From a virus (Duplodnaviria; Caudoviricetes): a DNA stretch of 64,000 bases. A model generated the notes under the pieces. That model saw nothing but the letters and a program-made list of their open reading frames with translations. It had not been told where the DNA came from and did no database searches. Position numbers and translations under genes: made by a program. Below, one piece after another: positions 16,882-25,572 of this stretch. Numbering within the stretch: the first letter of the stretch is position 1; every line of letters starts with the position of its first letter. The stretch spans positions 6,386-70,385 of the IMG/VR virus record IMGVR_UViG_3300020137_000001; one strand, written 5' to 3'.

Positions 16882-17822
16882 CGAAATACTCCTCGCGGTC
16901 GCCCCTCACCGAGACGTGTTCTTTCATATTTGTCCCACTCGCAAAGTTGATGTTCAACGTCCCTCATCTCCCACGACTGCCACTTCTGCGGCCAGTACTT
17001 ATTTATTCGCGACACTCTGAGAAGTTCACCCATCTCAGAGAGTATCTGCTCTCGACGCACTCGCTCACCGAGCGCGCGTCCTATCACCCTGTTTAGTCCT
17101 CGCCTGCATCCCGGCCCTGGATTGCACCATGTCATGATGTCGGGCGCTCGATTCAACAAGTAGGTGTGTCGCAGGTCAGTCACGATCTCATAGCTGTGAA
17201 ACGTGCCAAGATAATCGAACTTTCGCAGCCAGTTCCATGTCTCCTCCAGCGTGATCGCACCAGAATTCAGCCCAAGAATGGCGGTCGCTCCCTCCTCGCC
17301 TCTCCATCCCACGGTGTCCATCACCCCCGCTCCCAGCTCAAACTCCTCCATGCCGCTATAGAAACGCTTGATGATCGCAAGAACACCGTCGAGTTTGCTG
17401 TGACCGGGGGGTGTCGAGATTATGTAACTGCCCGTCACGAATGGACCACGATTGCCAAGGCGTTTGAGAATGGACCGCCGCAGAATGCGTGTGTCACCTC
17501 GCTCTGAGAACGCGTCGAACGCACTGTATTCACCGAGTAGATTGTCGTCGCAGAAGATGGCCTCGGCAGTCTCGATGCGATTGAACATGCGAAAGACGAC
17601 GGTCGCAAGCAGGAGACGTGGATCGCGCTTCTTGTTCATCGGGTCGCGCACGTTTTCCCTAAACCATCGCGTCGTCCTGTCGTCCTCACGAAAGACACAG
17701 CAGAAACGATACTTTCTCAGTATCGGATCATTGGTCCACGGTGGATCCTTGCCAGCCTGCCGTCGCAGGAGGATCTGCTGACGCTCGCGCGCATATTCGA
17801 AGAACTTTGCTGCGTTTTTCAT
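16878..17822 (-). CDS. 5-hmdU DNA kinase helical-domain protein (formerly aGPT-PPlase1)
   Basis: ERQQI..RR.AG.DPPWTNDPILRKYRFCCVFREDDRTTRW, FRMFN, YEIVTDLR, GPG..RGL, DVEHQLCEWDKY.R. Confidence 0.85.
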   Translation of the reverse strand: MKNAAKFFEYARERQQILLRRQAGKDPPWTNDPILRKYRFCCVFREDDRTTRWFRENVRDPMNKKRDPRLLLATVVFRMFNRIETAEAIFCDDNLLGEYSAFDAFSERGDTRILRRSILKRLGNRGPFVTGSYIISTPPGHSKLDGVLAIIKRFYSGMEEFELGAGVMDTVGWRGEEGATAILGLNSGAITLEETWNWLRKFDYLGTFHSYEIVTDLRHTYLLNRAPDIMTWCNPGPGCRRGLNRVIGRALGERVRREQILSEMGELLRVSRINKYWPQKWQSWEMRDVEHQLCEWDKYERTRLGEGRPRGVFR

Positions 17823-17823
17823 T

Positions 17824-18378
17824 TTACAGCATTCCACCACTCTTGCGTTTTACATACGCTTTGTGAACACACAATGCTTGATGACGAGCATCATCAAGAG
17901 CATTGTGATACGTGCCGTCGCGCTTCACCGCGTAGCTGTTGAACGCTCCCATGAAATAGGCCGTGCGCGTGTCGAGCGCGTGGTAGAACTTCCACGGTGC
18001 CCTCATGCCAGCCAGCTTGAGTGCAGAGTTGAGAAGAACGCCGTCAAAGTTGCTGCCCTGCGACCACATAGCGACCTTCGACAATCCGCGGCACTGACGC
18101 GCGTACCATCGACAAAAGTCTGATGCGACGATCTTGAACGGACGCTGATCTTTCAACAGTGAGTCTTGCGCGTCCTTCGACTGCTGACTCCACCATCGCT
18201 CAGTGTCAGGGTCAACGGTCATACCGAGTTCCTCACACGACTCACGCGTGATGTTGCTGTAGAACTCGTTGCCGAGTTCACCGGTCTCGATGTTGAATTC
18301 CACCGCGCCGATGGAACGTATAACACTGCCCGGATCAACACCAAACGTCTCAAGATCCAACATGATATGCGACTGCAT
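17824..18378 (-). CDS. DEDDh 3'-5' exonuclease (Rv2179c/RNase T-like)
   Basis: IMLDLETFG, WSQGSNFD, DTRT, HNALDDA. Confidence 0.88.
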   Translation of the reverse strand: MQSHIMLDLETFGVDPGSVIRSIGAVEFNIETGELGNEFYSNITRESCEELGMTVDPDTERWWSQQSKDAQDSLLKDQRPFKIVASDFCRWYARQCRGLSKVAMWSQGSNFDGVLLNSALKLAGMRAPWKFYHALDTRTAYFMGAFNSYAVKRDGTYHNALDDARHQALCVHKAYVKRKSGGML

Positions 18379-18393
18379 TTTATTTTCTCCTCG

Positions 18394-18600
18394 TTAAAAT
18401 GACACTTCACCAGCTATCATTCGCATCAGGGTCTGCTCCCTGATCCATGTCTCTTTCATGTCACCACAGTTAAACCACTTCAGCATCACGTTTGGATTGT
18501 CACATGCCCCCTCGAACTGAACAGACGTGACAACCGCGTCGATCTCACCAAGTCTCACGTGGTCGCCGATCATGTACTCGCTGCGATAACCGTATGTCAT
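18394..18600 (-). CDS. Hypothetical protein (SH3/KOW-like)
   Basis: IGDHVRL..IDAVVTSVQF pattern. Confidence 0.55.
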   Translation of the reverse strand: MTYGYRSEYMIGDHVRLGEIDAVVTSVQFEGACDNPNVMLKWFNCGDMKETWIREQTLMRMIAGEVSF

Positions 18601-18601
18601 G

Positions 18602-18982
18602 TCACCAGTGTCCCGTCTCGTCGATGCGACTCACGTCACCCTTCTGGTACGTTCTCACGTTCATGCCATACTCGTTGTCGGCGAGACTGATCTGAGTCGC
18701 AGTCTCGACGCGCACGATGCCACGATCCCAGTTTGTTCCCTTGTTAGACCAGTCACCCTTCAAGTAAACCGTCACGATTCTCACGTTCGTCTCCTTGTCT
18801 ATTCGCCTCGGACCTCGCGTCTCGAACGCGACCTCCCAATCATATTTCTTCGTGCCCTTGCTGCCGGGTATGACACCAAATCTCAGATTGTTGCAGTCAG
18901 GAAAATAGTACGTCGACATTCCAAGCGGCGTCGTGATCTCCATCTTGACCTGAATAATATCGTGTTTCACATTGTCACTCAT
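18602..18982 (-). CDS. Hypothetical protein
   Basis: ATGA overlap with the UvrD stop. Confidence 0.55.
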   Translation of the reverse strand: MSDNVKHDIIQVKMEITTPLGMSTYYFPDCNNLRFGVIPGSKGTKKYDWEVAFETRGPRRIDKETNVRIVTVYLKGDWSNKGTNWDRGIVRVETATQISLADNEYGMNVRTYQKGDVSRIDETGHW

Positions 18983-20529
18983 AACCAAGGACACTCATTC
19001 TGCGTCTGCGAAGCCACGATCGTCATCTTAGATCTTGCTCTTGTGGACGCGACATACCAGACACGCCGCTCATCATCCGGATTCTTGTCCACCTCTCTGG
19101 CCGTTCGATACGCCATCTCTGTCATCACGACCACGTGATCTGCCTCTGCTCCCTTCGCACTGTGAATGGTCGACAGGCGAATGCGCGGTCGCGCCCTCAA
19201 CTTCTCACCTCTGCGGCGCGCCGCCAGCATGTAGCTCATCTCATCCGGTGGCAGATTGTCGAGCGCGTCATGCCATATGAGATCAGGTGACAGCATGAGT
19301 CCACCCTGATCACGCAGATCGATGAAACTCACCTCACGATCATCTGCATCTCCAAATGTCGGCAACTTCTTATGTCCACGTTTGATGTGACCTGCCGCAG
19401 AGATCATCTTGTACATGTCGCGCGCCTCAGCCAGCGTTGCCATGTGTCCGGCGCGTAGTCTCTCCCAAGTCTCAGCCGCTCGCAGATGCAGAGTTGAGAG
19501 CGACGACTTGCCCGCGAGCTCATACACCATGCCCTGCGCTCGCAGCAACGGTTCTATCTGCTCGCGCAACACATAGGCATTGCGCGCCAGTATCAGAACC
19601 GGTGACGTCGCAGCACCGTCGCGCCACTCATCAGTCACGTCAGCCTCGTCAAACATGCTAACTCGCTCGATCACGGACTTTCCTCGACGCGGTTTCCACG
19701 CCTTGGGTCGCCGGTGCGTCACACCCTCGATCACCCCCGCTCCGATCGCTTGAACTTCACGAGGGCAACGCCACGACTGACCAAGCACTCGAACGTCACC
19801 CTCCAGCGAGATGAACTGCTCAACGTCTGCTCCCGCCCATCGGTAGATAGCCTGATCATCGTCACCGGCCACGACCACGCGACGCGCGAGTTCGGCCAAG
19901 CAGAACACGACACGCCACTGAACGTGACTGAGATCCTGCGCCTCGTCAACGATCAACACGTCGACGTTCAACTTGACACCAGATCGCACGAACTCTGTCA
20001 GCAGGTCAGTGTAGTCGTACACACCGTTCTCCTGCTTGAATGACCTGAGTGCTCGCGACACTCGCTCTAGCTCAGTCCAAGACAGATTGTCATCATCCTC
20101 GTCAAACAACGATCGAAGCGAGACACCACGTATGCGAGCGAGATTTTCCATGAACAGCATTCGGTCGCCGCTCTCGAAGTTTGACAGCATCCCGTCGTCA
20201 GACCACGCGCGACCAGTGACCGTGATGCCGACCCAGTTCGCGAACTCCTGAAACTTCGCTCCGCTCAAGATGTCCGAACTCTTGCACCCGAGCAGTCGAA
20301 AACACATCGAGTGAATCGTCCTGAAATACGGCAGGTCTTCCTTCGCCAGATCAAATCGCTTCATCGCTCTGGTTCGCGCCTCATCGGCAGCGCGCGTCGT
20401 GAAGCTGATAAAAGCTATCTTCTCTGGTTTAGTTCCTCTATCAAGTTCTTCCTCAACAATATTCAAGAGACTCGTAGTTTTCCCACATCCAGGAGGCCCG
20501 ACCAAGATCTCAGGATAAAACTTGGACAT
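18979..20529 (-). CDS. UvrD/Rep-like SF1 helicase
   Basis: GPPGCGKTT, IVDEAQD, AGDDDQAIY, QSWRCP, STIHSAKGAE, YVASTRAR. Confidence 0.95.
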   Translation of the reverse strand: MSKFYPEILVGPPGCGKTTSLLNIVEEELDRGTKPEKIAFISFTTRAADEARTRAMKRFDLAKEDLPYFRTIHSMCFRLLGCKSSDILSGAKFQEFANWVGITVTGRAWSDDGMLSNFESGDRMLFMENLARIRGVSLRSLFDEDDDNLSWTELERVSRALRSFKQENGVYDYTDLLTEFVRSGVKLNVDVLIVDEAQDLSHVQWRVVFCLAELARRVVVAGDDDQAIYRWAGADVEQFISLEGDVRVLGQSWRCPREVQAIGAGVIEGVTHRRPKAWKPRRGKSVIERVSMFDEADVTDEWRDGAATSPVLILARNAYVLREQIEPLLRAQGMVYELAGKSSLSTLHLRAAETWERLRAGHMATLAEARDMYKMISAAGHIKRGHKKLPTFGDADDREVSFIDLRDQGGLMLSPDLIWHDALDNLPPDEMSYMLAARRRGEKLRARPRIRLSTIHSAKGAEADHVVVMTEMAYRTAREVDKNPDDERRVWYVASTRARSKMTIVASQTQNECPWL

Positions 20530-20986
20530 CTACTTTTCCTCTGTTGACGGCGAATTCACCATATAATTCTCGTTCAAGTTTCTTACGTGCACGAACAGCC
20601 GCTTTAAGTGTCTTCACCGTTATTGATCGTCTCTTATTGTCCTTGCCTATGCGAACACGCCAACTTCCATTTCTCTTGTGTATTCCTCGCATCGGTCCGA
20701 ATGTCATTGAGTTCACGTAGTTCTGACCGTGTGTTGCTTCTCTCAAGTTCTTCCAGCGATTGTCACTTCCCTTTCTGTTCCTATGGTCCACATAACCATC
20801 TGGCCACTCACCAGTCATCCAGAACCAAATCAAACGATGTTCTAGATAGCTCTTCCCACAGATCAAAACTACGCGATGTCCCTTACCGTGATCATTCCCC
20901 GCCCTACGTCCCGGCCTTATTCTCGGTTTCCGAACCTTCCACGTCAACACTCCAGTTCGAGGATTATAATCCAACTGTTCACGCAC
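20510..20986 (-). CDS. Free-standing HNH homing endonuclease with AP2-like C-terminus
   Basis: HRLIW..MTGEWP...VDHRNR...DNRWKNLREAT..QN; GIHKRNGSWRVRI; AT-richer than flanks. Confidence 0.88.
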   Translation of the reverse strand: MREQLDYNPRTGVLTWKVRKPRIRPGRRAGNDHGKGHRVVLICGKSYLEHRLIWFWMTGEWPDGYVDHRNRKGSDNRWKNLREATHGQNYVNSMTFGPMRGIHKRNGSWRVRIGKDNKRRSITVKTLKAAVRARKKLERELYGEFAVNRGKVDVQVLS

Positions 20987-21053
20987 CTCACAGCATGTGT
21001 CAACGGACCTCGTGGTCTTGCTCGTGGTGGCATAACCAATTCCCCATCATAAA

Positions 21054-21082
21054 ATTCTAACCCCGATCGGGGGCCGAGGCAA
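21054..21082 (-). promoter_or_regulatory. Sigma70-like promoter TTGCCT-N17-TAGAAT
   Basis: Near-consensus elements, 17-nt spacer, upstream of HNH-UvrD. Confidence 0.7.
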
Positions 21083-21089
21083 GCCGGAG

Positions 21090-21197
21090 TTACTGGAGCG
21101 CCACCACGAGAAGCATCGCGATGAGCCCGATCACTACGAAGTTGAACACGAGTGCCATGACGAGATCATACTGTATCGGCGGTTCATCGTCACTCAT
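21090..21197 (-). CDS. 35-aa single-TM membrane peptide
   Basis: MSDDEPPIQYDLVMALVFNFVVIGLIAMLLVVALQ; ATGA overlap with the WYL gene. Confidence 0.5.
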   Translation of the reverse strand: MSDDEPPIQYDLVMALVFNFVVIGLIAMLLVVALQ

Positions 21198-21469
21198 GAC
21201 GCGTCTTCCTCTCGCCACGGCAACGTCTGGTCATCGGCTGATCTCCATGCTCGGATGCCGCTAAGAGCAAACTCACGCAGGTCACACTTTTCCAGACACA
21301 CCGCCAGCAGAAACCACTGCGGAGTCGGATGCCACTCGTTCGTACCGAACCTGACATCGCGCGGCACGATTCTTCTCACCCTGCGCTCGCTTCTCCAGTT
21401 CACGTAGTCGATCTCAACGATCTTGCCGGTGTAGAAACTGTCGATCACCGCCTTCGTTGCGTCTTTCAT
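21194..21469 (-). CDS. Stand-alone WYL-domain protein
   Basis: VEIDY.NW..E...RRIVP...F...W......QWFL.AVC.EK...REFAL..I; start at MKDATK after RBS AAGGA. Confidence 0.75.
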   Translation of the reverse strand: MKDATKAVIDSFYTGKIVEIDYVNWRSERRVRRIVPRDVRFGTNEWHPTPQWFLLAVCLEKCDLREFALSGIRAWRSADDQTLPWREEDAS

Positions 21470-21545
21470 TCTTTGGGTTCCTTGCATTAAACAGAATGTC
21501 AGGATACTCCCGACACTCCCGACACTCTGCTCACATGTCACGTCA

Positions 21546-22040
21546 TCAGTTTCCTAGAAGCTGACGAATCTCCTCCGCCACTTGCTCATCAGACTGAACC
21601 TGAACGCGCGGCAGAAGAGGATGATCGACACCCATGGACTGCAGGAACTGCGGCGGTGGATCATTGTCCTCCGGCTCCTGAACCGTTGATTCCTGCACCG
21701 CTGAAGACGACACCGGCGATTGCTGCACGGTCTGCGTTGTCTCCGGTCTTGGACTCGACATCCGCACGGTGTCTCGCTTCAGGCTGCGACGCGCCAAGTA
21801 TCGCGTGATACCGGTCGACACGACCTGACCAACATTATCGAGTATCGATCTGAGCGTGGCGTTCTCTATCATGAGTTCTTCACGCGCCGTGTGAAGACGA
21901 GAGACATCATCTCGCAGTATCAGGATCGTCTCATCCTGTCTTTCATTCTTCATCTTCAGAAGTTCGTTCTCCTGCCGAAGCGCCTTGATATCGCTCTGCA
22001 TCATGTGAACTTCATCACCCAAGAAATCACGTTGTTCCAT
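21546..22040 (-). CDS. Coiled-coil hypothetical protein
   Basis: Heptad-rich N-half; RBS AAGGAG. Confidence 0.6.
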   Translation of the reverse strand: MEQRDFLGDEVHMMQSDIKALRQENELLKMKNERQDETILILRDDVSRLHTAREELMIENATLRSILDNVGQVVSTGITRYLARRSLKRDTVRMSSPRPETTQTVQQSPVSSSAVQESTVQEPEDNDPPPQFLQSMGVDHPLLPRVQVQSDEQVAEEIRQLLGN

Positions 22041-22064
22041 TCTAAGTCTCCTTGCTGTTGATCC

Positions 22065-23687
22065 TCATATTGGTTTTCCACTGATCGTCGGAGGATCAAC
22101 CGACGGAGTGGCCTCGAATAAATTCGAAGGAACCCAATGGAGTGATATTGATTTCCCCTTTATCTTCTTGATCACATGACCACCTCGAAGCTCATGCAAC
22201 CTCGCGGCTATCTGCGGTCGCTTCATACCGTCCATTCCTTCGCGCTTGAGAAAGCGCGCCAGACGCATGAGTTGAAAGTAGTGGCGACCCTCGTCCTCGT
22301 TCTCCCACGGTCGACCAAGAAGCAGGTCTTCCTCCTTAAGCCCCCGCTGACGATTGGTCAAGTATATCTCAAGATACTCCAGGAACTCACCCTCGACCTT
22401 CGCGTCCTGTGATACATGAATGATCTCGACGTGTTTCTCCATCGCCTCCTGAATGATCTGAAGCCATATTGGTTGTGGAATGACGCCGAACGGATTATTC
22501 AACTTCTCCATCAATAACCGTTGCATTCTGTCCCATCGCTGTAGATCCTCGGTCTGGCATTCGATCTTGGCTTCCTCAACGTCGATGAACCACACCGGAG
22601 GCTGCGAGTTCAACTTCTTGATGCTCGTGATCTTCGGGACCACCATGCCGCCAGTTCCAGTCACACCGAATCTTTTCTTGCGACACAAGATCGAATCACA
22701 GTGCGAGCGCATCGGCTCTTCCTTGCACTTGTACTGATAGTCGCGCTTCGTGATTGATTTGATGATCGTGTTAAGTTGCGCAGTCGGATACGGAGGCGTC
22801 ATGTGGATCTGCGCGGCGCGGCGAAGATGCTCGACCCAGTCGTCGGGATATTTCTTCTTGAAGTAAATCGCCATGTGAAACAAAGACGTGTTCTGCGCAC
22901 CTTGTTTCACACCATCGCCCTGCGTCATGTGAACAAGACACGGAGGCCCATCACCAAATGGAACGGTCTCATCGTCAGCCGGTTGAGGTCCCTTGTCACC
23001 AGAACCAGATGTCTTTCTGCGCTTCGTCTTCGGCGTCAATGACCGGACCTGAAGCTCATCCATCTGTTCGGGCGTCTGTCTCTTTCTCTCAGCTATTCGC
23101 ACGAATTCCGGCAACCCGATATCGCCACCGTTGCTTCGCAGTCCATGCTGCATCTGGAGCTTGCCATCGAAATTGCCGCCGAAATACGGCATGATCATCC
23201 AGCTTCCCTGATCCCCCCGATCAACCAGCAGAGTCGCCTGTTTCGGAAAGATCTCGCTGTCACTCAAGCCAAGCGACGCGGCAATCTCTCGCAGCACGTC
23301 CTGCATCTTGCGCGCAGGAACGGGGGCTGTCGTGAACAGGAACAGATGTAGACCACCAGACTTGGACCTGCACGGCACGAGAGGAAACTTCGACTGCTCG
23401 ACCTTGACCAGAATCTCCATGATGTCCTGATCATAGACGTCATAGTCGATGCTGCCCCAGATGGTTGAATTGTCGTTGCGTATCGGAGAGATTCCCAGAG
23501 GCCGAACGCCGTTGACATGCTGCTCCCAGTCTTTCTCAGTCGGTCCTCGTTTCAGTGTCTTGGCCGTTGGTCGAATGACCCACTTGAGAGAGCCGCTCGT
23601 CGGGTCTCGCGACGGTTCACCATGTGTACCATGATGCGTGTCGTTACCCTCAAAGAGTGCCGCGAGCCGCTGAGTCGCTGATAACAT
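22065..23687 (-). CDS. AEP-superfamily primase (AEP-TOTE-like) with PriCT-like domain
   Basis: GSIDYD (DxD), CRSKSGGLHLFLF (SxxH-type motif), GAQNTSLFHMAIY. Confidence 0.8.
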   Translation of the reverse strand: MLSATQRLAALFEGNDTHHGTHGEPSRDPTSGSLKWVIRPTAKTLKRGPTEKDWEQHVNGVRPLGISPIRNDNSTIWGSIDYDVYDQDIMEILVKVEQSKFPLVPCRSKSGGLHLFLFTTAPVPARKMQDVLREIAASLGLSDSEIFPKQATLLVDRGDQGSWMIMPYFGGNFDGKLQMQHGLRSNGGDIGLPEFVRIAERKRQTPEQMDELQVRSLTPKTKRRKTSGSGDKGPQPADDETVPFGDGPPCLVHMTQGDGVKQGAQNTSLFHMAIYFKKKYPDDWVEHLRRAAQIHMTPPYPTAQLNTIIKSITKRDYQYKCKEEPMRSHCDSILCRKKRFGVTGTGGMVVPKITSIKKLNSQPPVWFIDVEEAKIECQTEDLQRWDRMQRLLMEKLNNPFGVIPQPIWLQIIQEAMEKHVEIIHVSQDAKVEGEFLEYLEIYLTNRQRGLKEEDLLLGRPWENEDEGRHYFQLMRLARFLKREGMDGMKRPQIAARLHELRGGHVIKKIKGKSISLHWVPSNLFEATPSVDPPTISGKPI

Positions 23688-23722
23688 GATTGCCCCGAAA
23701 TATCACACGTATAGCAGAGCGA

Positions 23723-23749
23723 CGTTGCCGGACCACAGACCCGGCAACG
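23723..23749. terminator. 9-bp hairpin between SSB-like and primase genes
   Basis: CGTTGCCGG-N9-CCGGCAACG; no strong U tract. Confidence 0.4.
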
Positions 23750-23772
23750 CTGCTCACTTCGCAAGATAACAA

Positions 23773-24663
23773 CTATATGTGTTCAGCCGCTCGACCACCT
23801 CCGCCGGCACCGCTGCTGCCGTGTTCACCTTCGTCGATCTGGTCGGCCTCCATGTTGCCAGCGCGCAACGTACCCTTGCTGAAATCAGCCTCGATCTGGC
23901 GCGCCATGCGATAGATCGCAGGATCGGTCACCGCTGTCGGTTCATCGTTCTCGTCCTCGACGAGCCACGTGAACCAGTCACCTTGATCATTGCTCCTGAA
24001 CTGCGTCTTCATGCGATAGATGTAGCCGAAACTCGGTGCTCGAAGGTCAGTTCCAGGCACGGTCTTGCGTCCCATCGACGACATCCAGTTTCGCGATGCG
24101 ACGTGACCACTGCCCGACATTGGAATGACAAATGGAAGCGGACGCTCGAACACGTCGAGAACGAGAACGACGTGCTCGCGTGTCTCGACCAAGATATTGC
24201 CGTTGGGCATCGCCCAGAACTTGCGCTTCGGGTTCTCCGCATCGGTCTTGAGTACAGCCTCCTCAGGTTTTTCCATGTGTCGCGCCACGAAACCACCGCG
24301 TTCCGGAAGCCACTCGATCCAACATTTCGAGAAATAGCACGGTACGACCGGAATGCCGTCGTCGCCAGACACAAGATCCTTCGAACCGCGGAACCAGATC
24401 ATTCCGGCCTCGGCGCCGTCGATATATGTGTCTGGTTTCTTCTTCTGGACTTGAGGGCTGAGAGCCTGCAAGATGTATATGAGCGGAACGACGTTGTCTT
24501 CCATCGCCGTGCTGACACCCCTGCCAGCGTCAGCCGCCATCATCTTCGCCAACTCGTCCTGCGCCGCCGTGTCCACGACTGAGTCTGATTTCCTCTCAGT
24601 CACCGCAGTAGATTTCTGTGGAGCCGCGCGGCCCTTCTGCTGTTGAGTTGCTGCCTTTGCCAT
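23773..24663 (-). CDS. Putative ssDNA-binding/annealing protein
   Basis: VPLIYILQALSPQV...GAEAG...YFSKCWIEW..ERGGFV, acidic C-terminus, position in the replication module. Confidence 0.65.
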   Translation of the reverse strand: MAKAATQQQKGRAAPQKSTAVTERKSDSVVDTAAQDELAKMMAADAGRGVSTAMEDNVVPLIYILQALSPQVQKKKPDTYIDGAEAGMIWFRGSKDLVSGDDGIPVVPCYFSKCWIEWLPERGGFVARHMEKPEEAVLKTDAENPKRKFWAMPNGNILVETREHVVLVLDVFERPLPFVIPMSGSGHVASRNWMSSMGRKTVPGTDLRAPSFGYIYRMKTQFRSNDQGDWFTWLVEDENDEPTAVTDPAIYRMARQIEADFSKGTLRAGNMEADQIDEGEHGSSGAGGGGRAAEHI

Positions 24664-24666
24664 GGT

Positions 24667-25329
24667 CTATTTCTTTCCTTTCAACGGTGTCTTGGTTTTC
24701 GATGACTTCGCGATGCCGGGCTTTTTCTCCTTCTTGGCCTTGATGAGCGATGCCGTTCGCTCAACCGTGGCACCTAACAGCTTAAGAGGAACCGGCTTCT
24801 TCTCCTTGAGCTGCCCCTTCACGAAAGCCGTGAGTGTATTCCACGGCACTCCGAAACTCGACGAATATTCGATCTTGTTCTTGTCAAGAAACGCGACCAG
24901 CTTCTTCCGCTTCACTTCCTCGAAACGACCCATTCCAAAGTCGATGGACAGCGACGTCTTGATCATGTCGCCACAATTATTGTTCTCGAGCCACATGATC
25001 GCCTTCTCGAAGCCCTTCTCGTCGAGAGTTCCAAGATTCGCCTTCACGTGGTTGACCAGCTCGATCTCATATGGCGGTTTGTTACCGTTTGCGGGGATGC
25101 CGATGCTGTCGATACCGACCTCGTCGAACTGATCGACAAGCGTTCTCGTCTTGATCTCATGGATCTTGGTGCCGAGTTCCTTACTCTGGGTCTCAAGATC
25201 TTGCCTGCGCAACTCAAGATCCCGCAAGTTCTCAACGGTCTTTCGCAGTCGCATTAGTTTGTCATCAGATGGTGCGCGCTCAGCGTCTTCCTGCATAAGC
25301 GTCACCAGCGCATTATTTTTGGTTGCCAA
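24667..25329 (-). CDS. Conserved phage replication-module protein (coiled coil + VPWNTLTAFVK motif)
   Basis: TTG start at 25329 after AGGAGG. Confidence 0.65.
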   Translation of the reverse strand: MATKNNALVTLMQEDAERAPSDDKLMRLRKTVENLRDLELRRQDLETQSKELGTKIHEIKTRTLVDQFDEVGIDSIGIPANGNKPPYEIELVNHVKANLGTLDEKGFEKAIMWLENNNCGDMIKTSLSIDFGMGRFEEVKRKKLVAFLDKNKIEYSSSFGVPWNTLTAFVKGQLKEKKPVPLKLLGATVERTASLIKAKKEKKPGIAKSSKTKTPLKGKK

Positions 25330-25359
25330 GTCGTCCTCCTTTGCTGTTAGCGGTGCAAC

Positions 25360-25388
25360 AGTGTGCCATGCAAGCCGCGCCGAAACAA
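25360..25388 (-). promoter_or_regulatory. Sigma70-like promoter TTGTTT-N17-CACACT
   Basis: TTGYYTCGG -35, 17-nt spacer, just upstream of the RBS of 24667..25329. Confidence 0.5.
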
Positions 25389-25543
25389 CGCCGCGCGGCA
25401 CAAACAAATAGTGAGGCTCACGTCCACCACGGCATGAGCCTCACCGCGCCCACAGCAAGAGGCACTACGACCGACGCTCGCGGGGCTCCGCAGTCCTCGC
25501 GCCAACGATGCGAAGGAACATCGTGATGATCGACCGTGGCAGC

Positions 25544-25572
25544 AACATGCATCGGGCCGGGGGCCGAAGCAA
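25544..25572 (-). promoter_or_regulatory. Sigma70-like promoter TTGCTT-N17-CATGTT
   Basis: TTGCyTCGGCCCCCG shared with the 21054..21082 site. Confidence 0.45.

Noticed and set aside
21506-21526. 9-bp tandem repeat ACTCCCGAC x2 upstream of the WYL gene
   Set aside because: Only two copies and not seen elsewhere; too weak to call an operator
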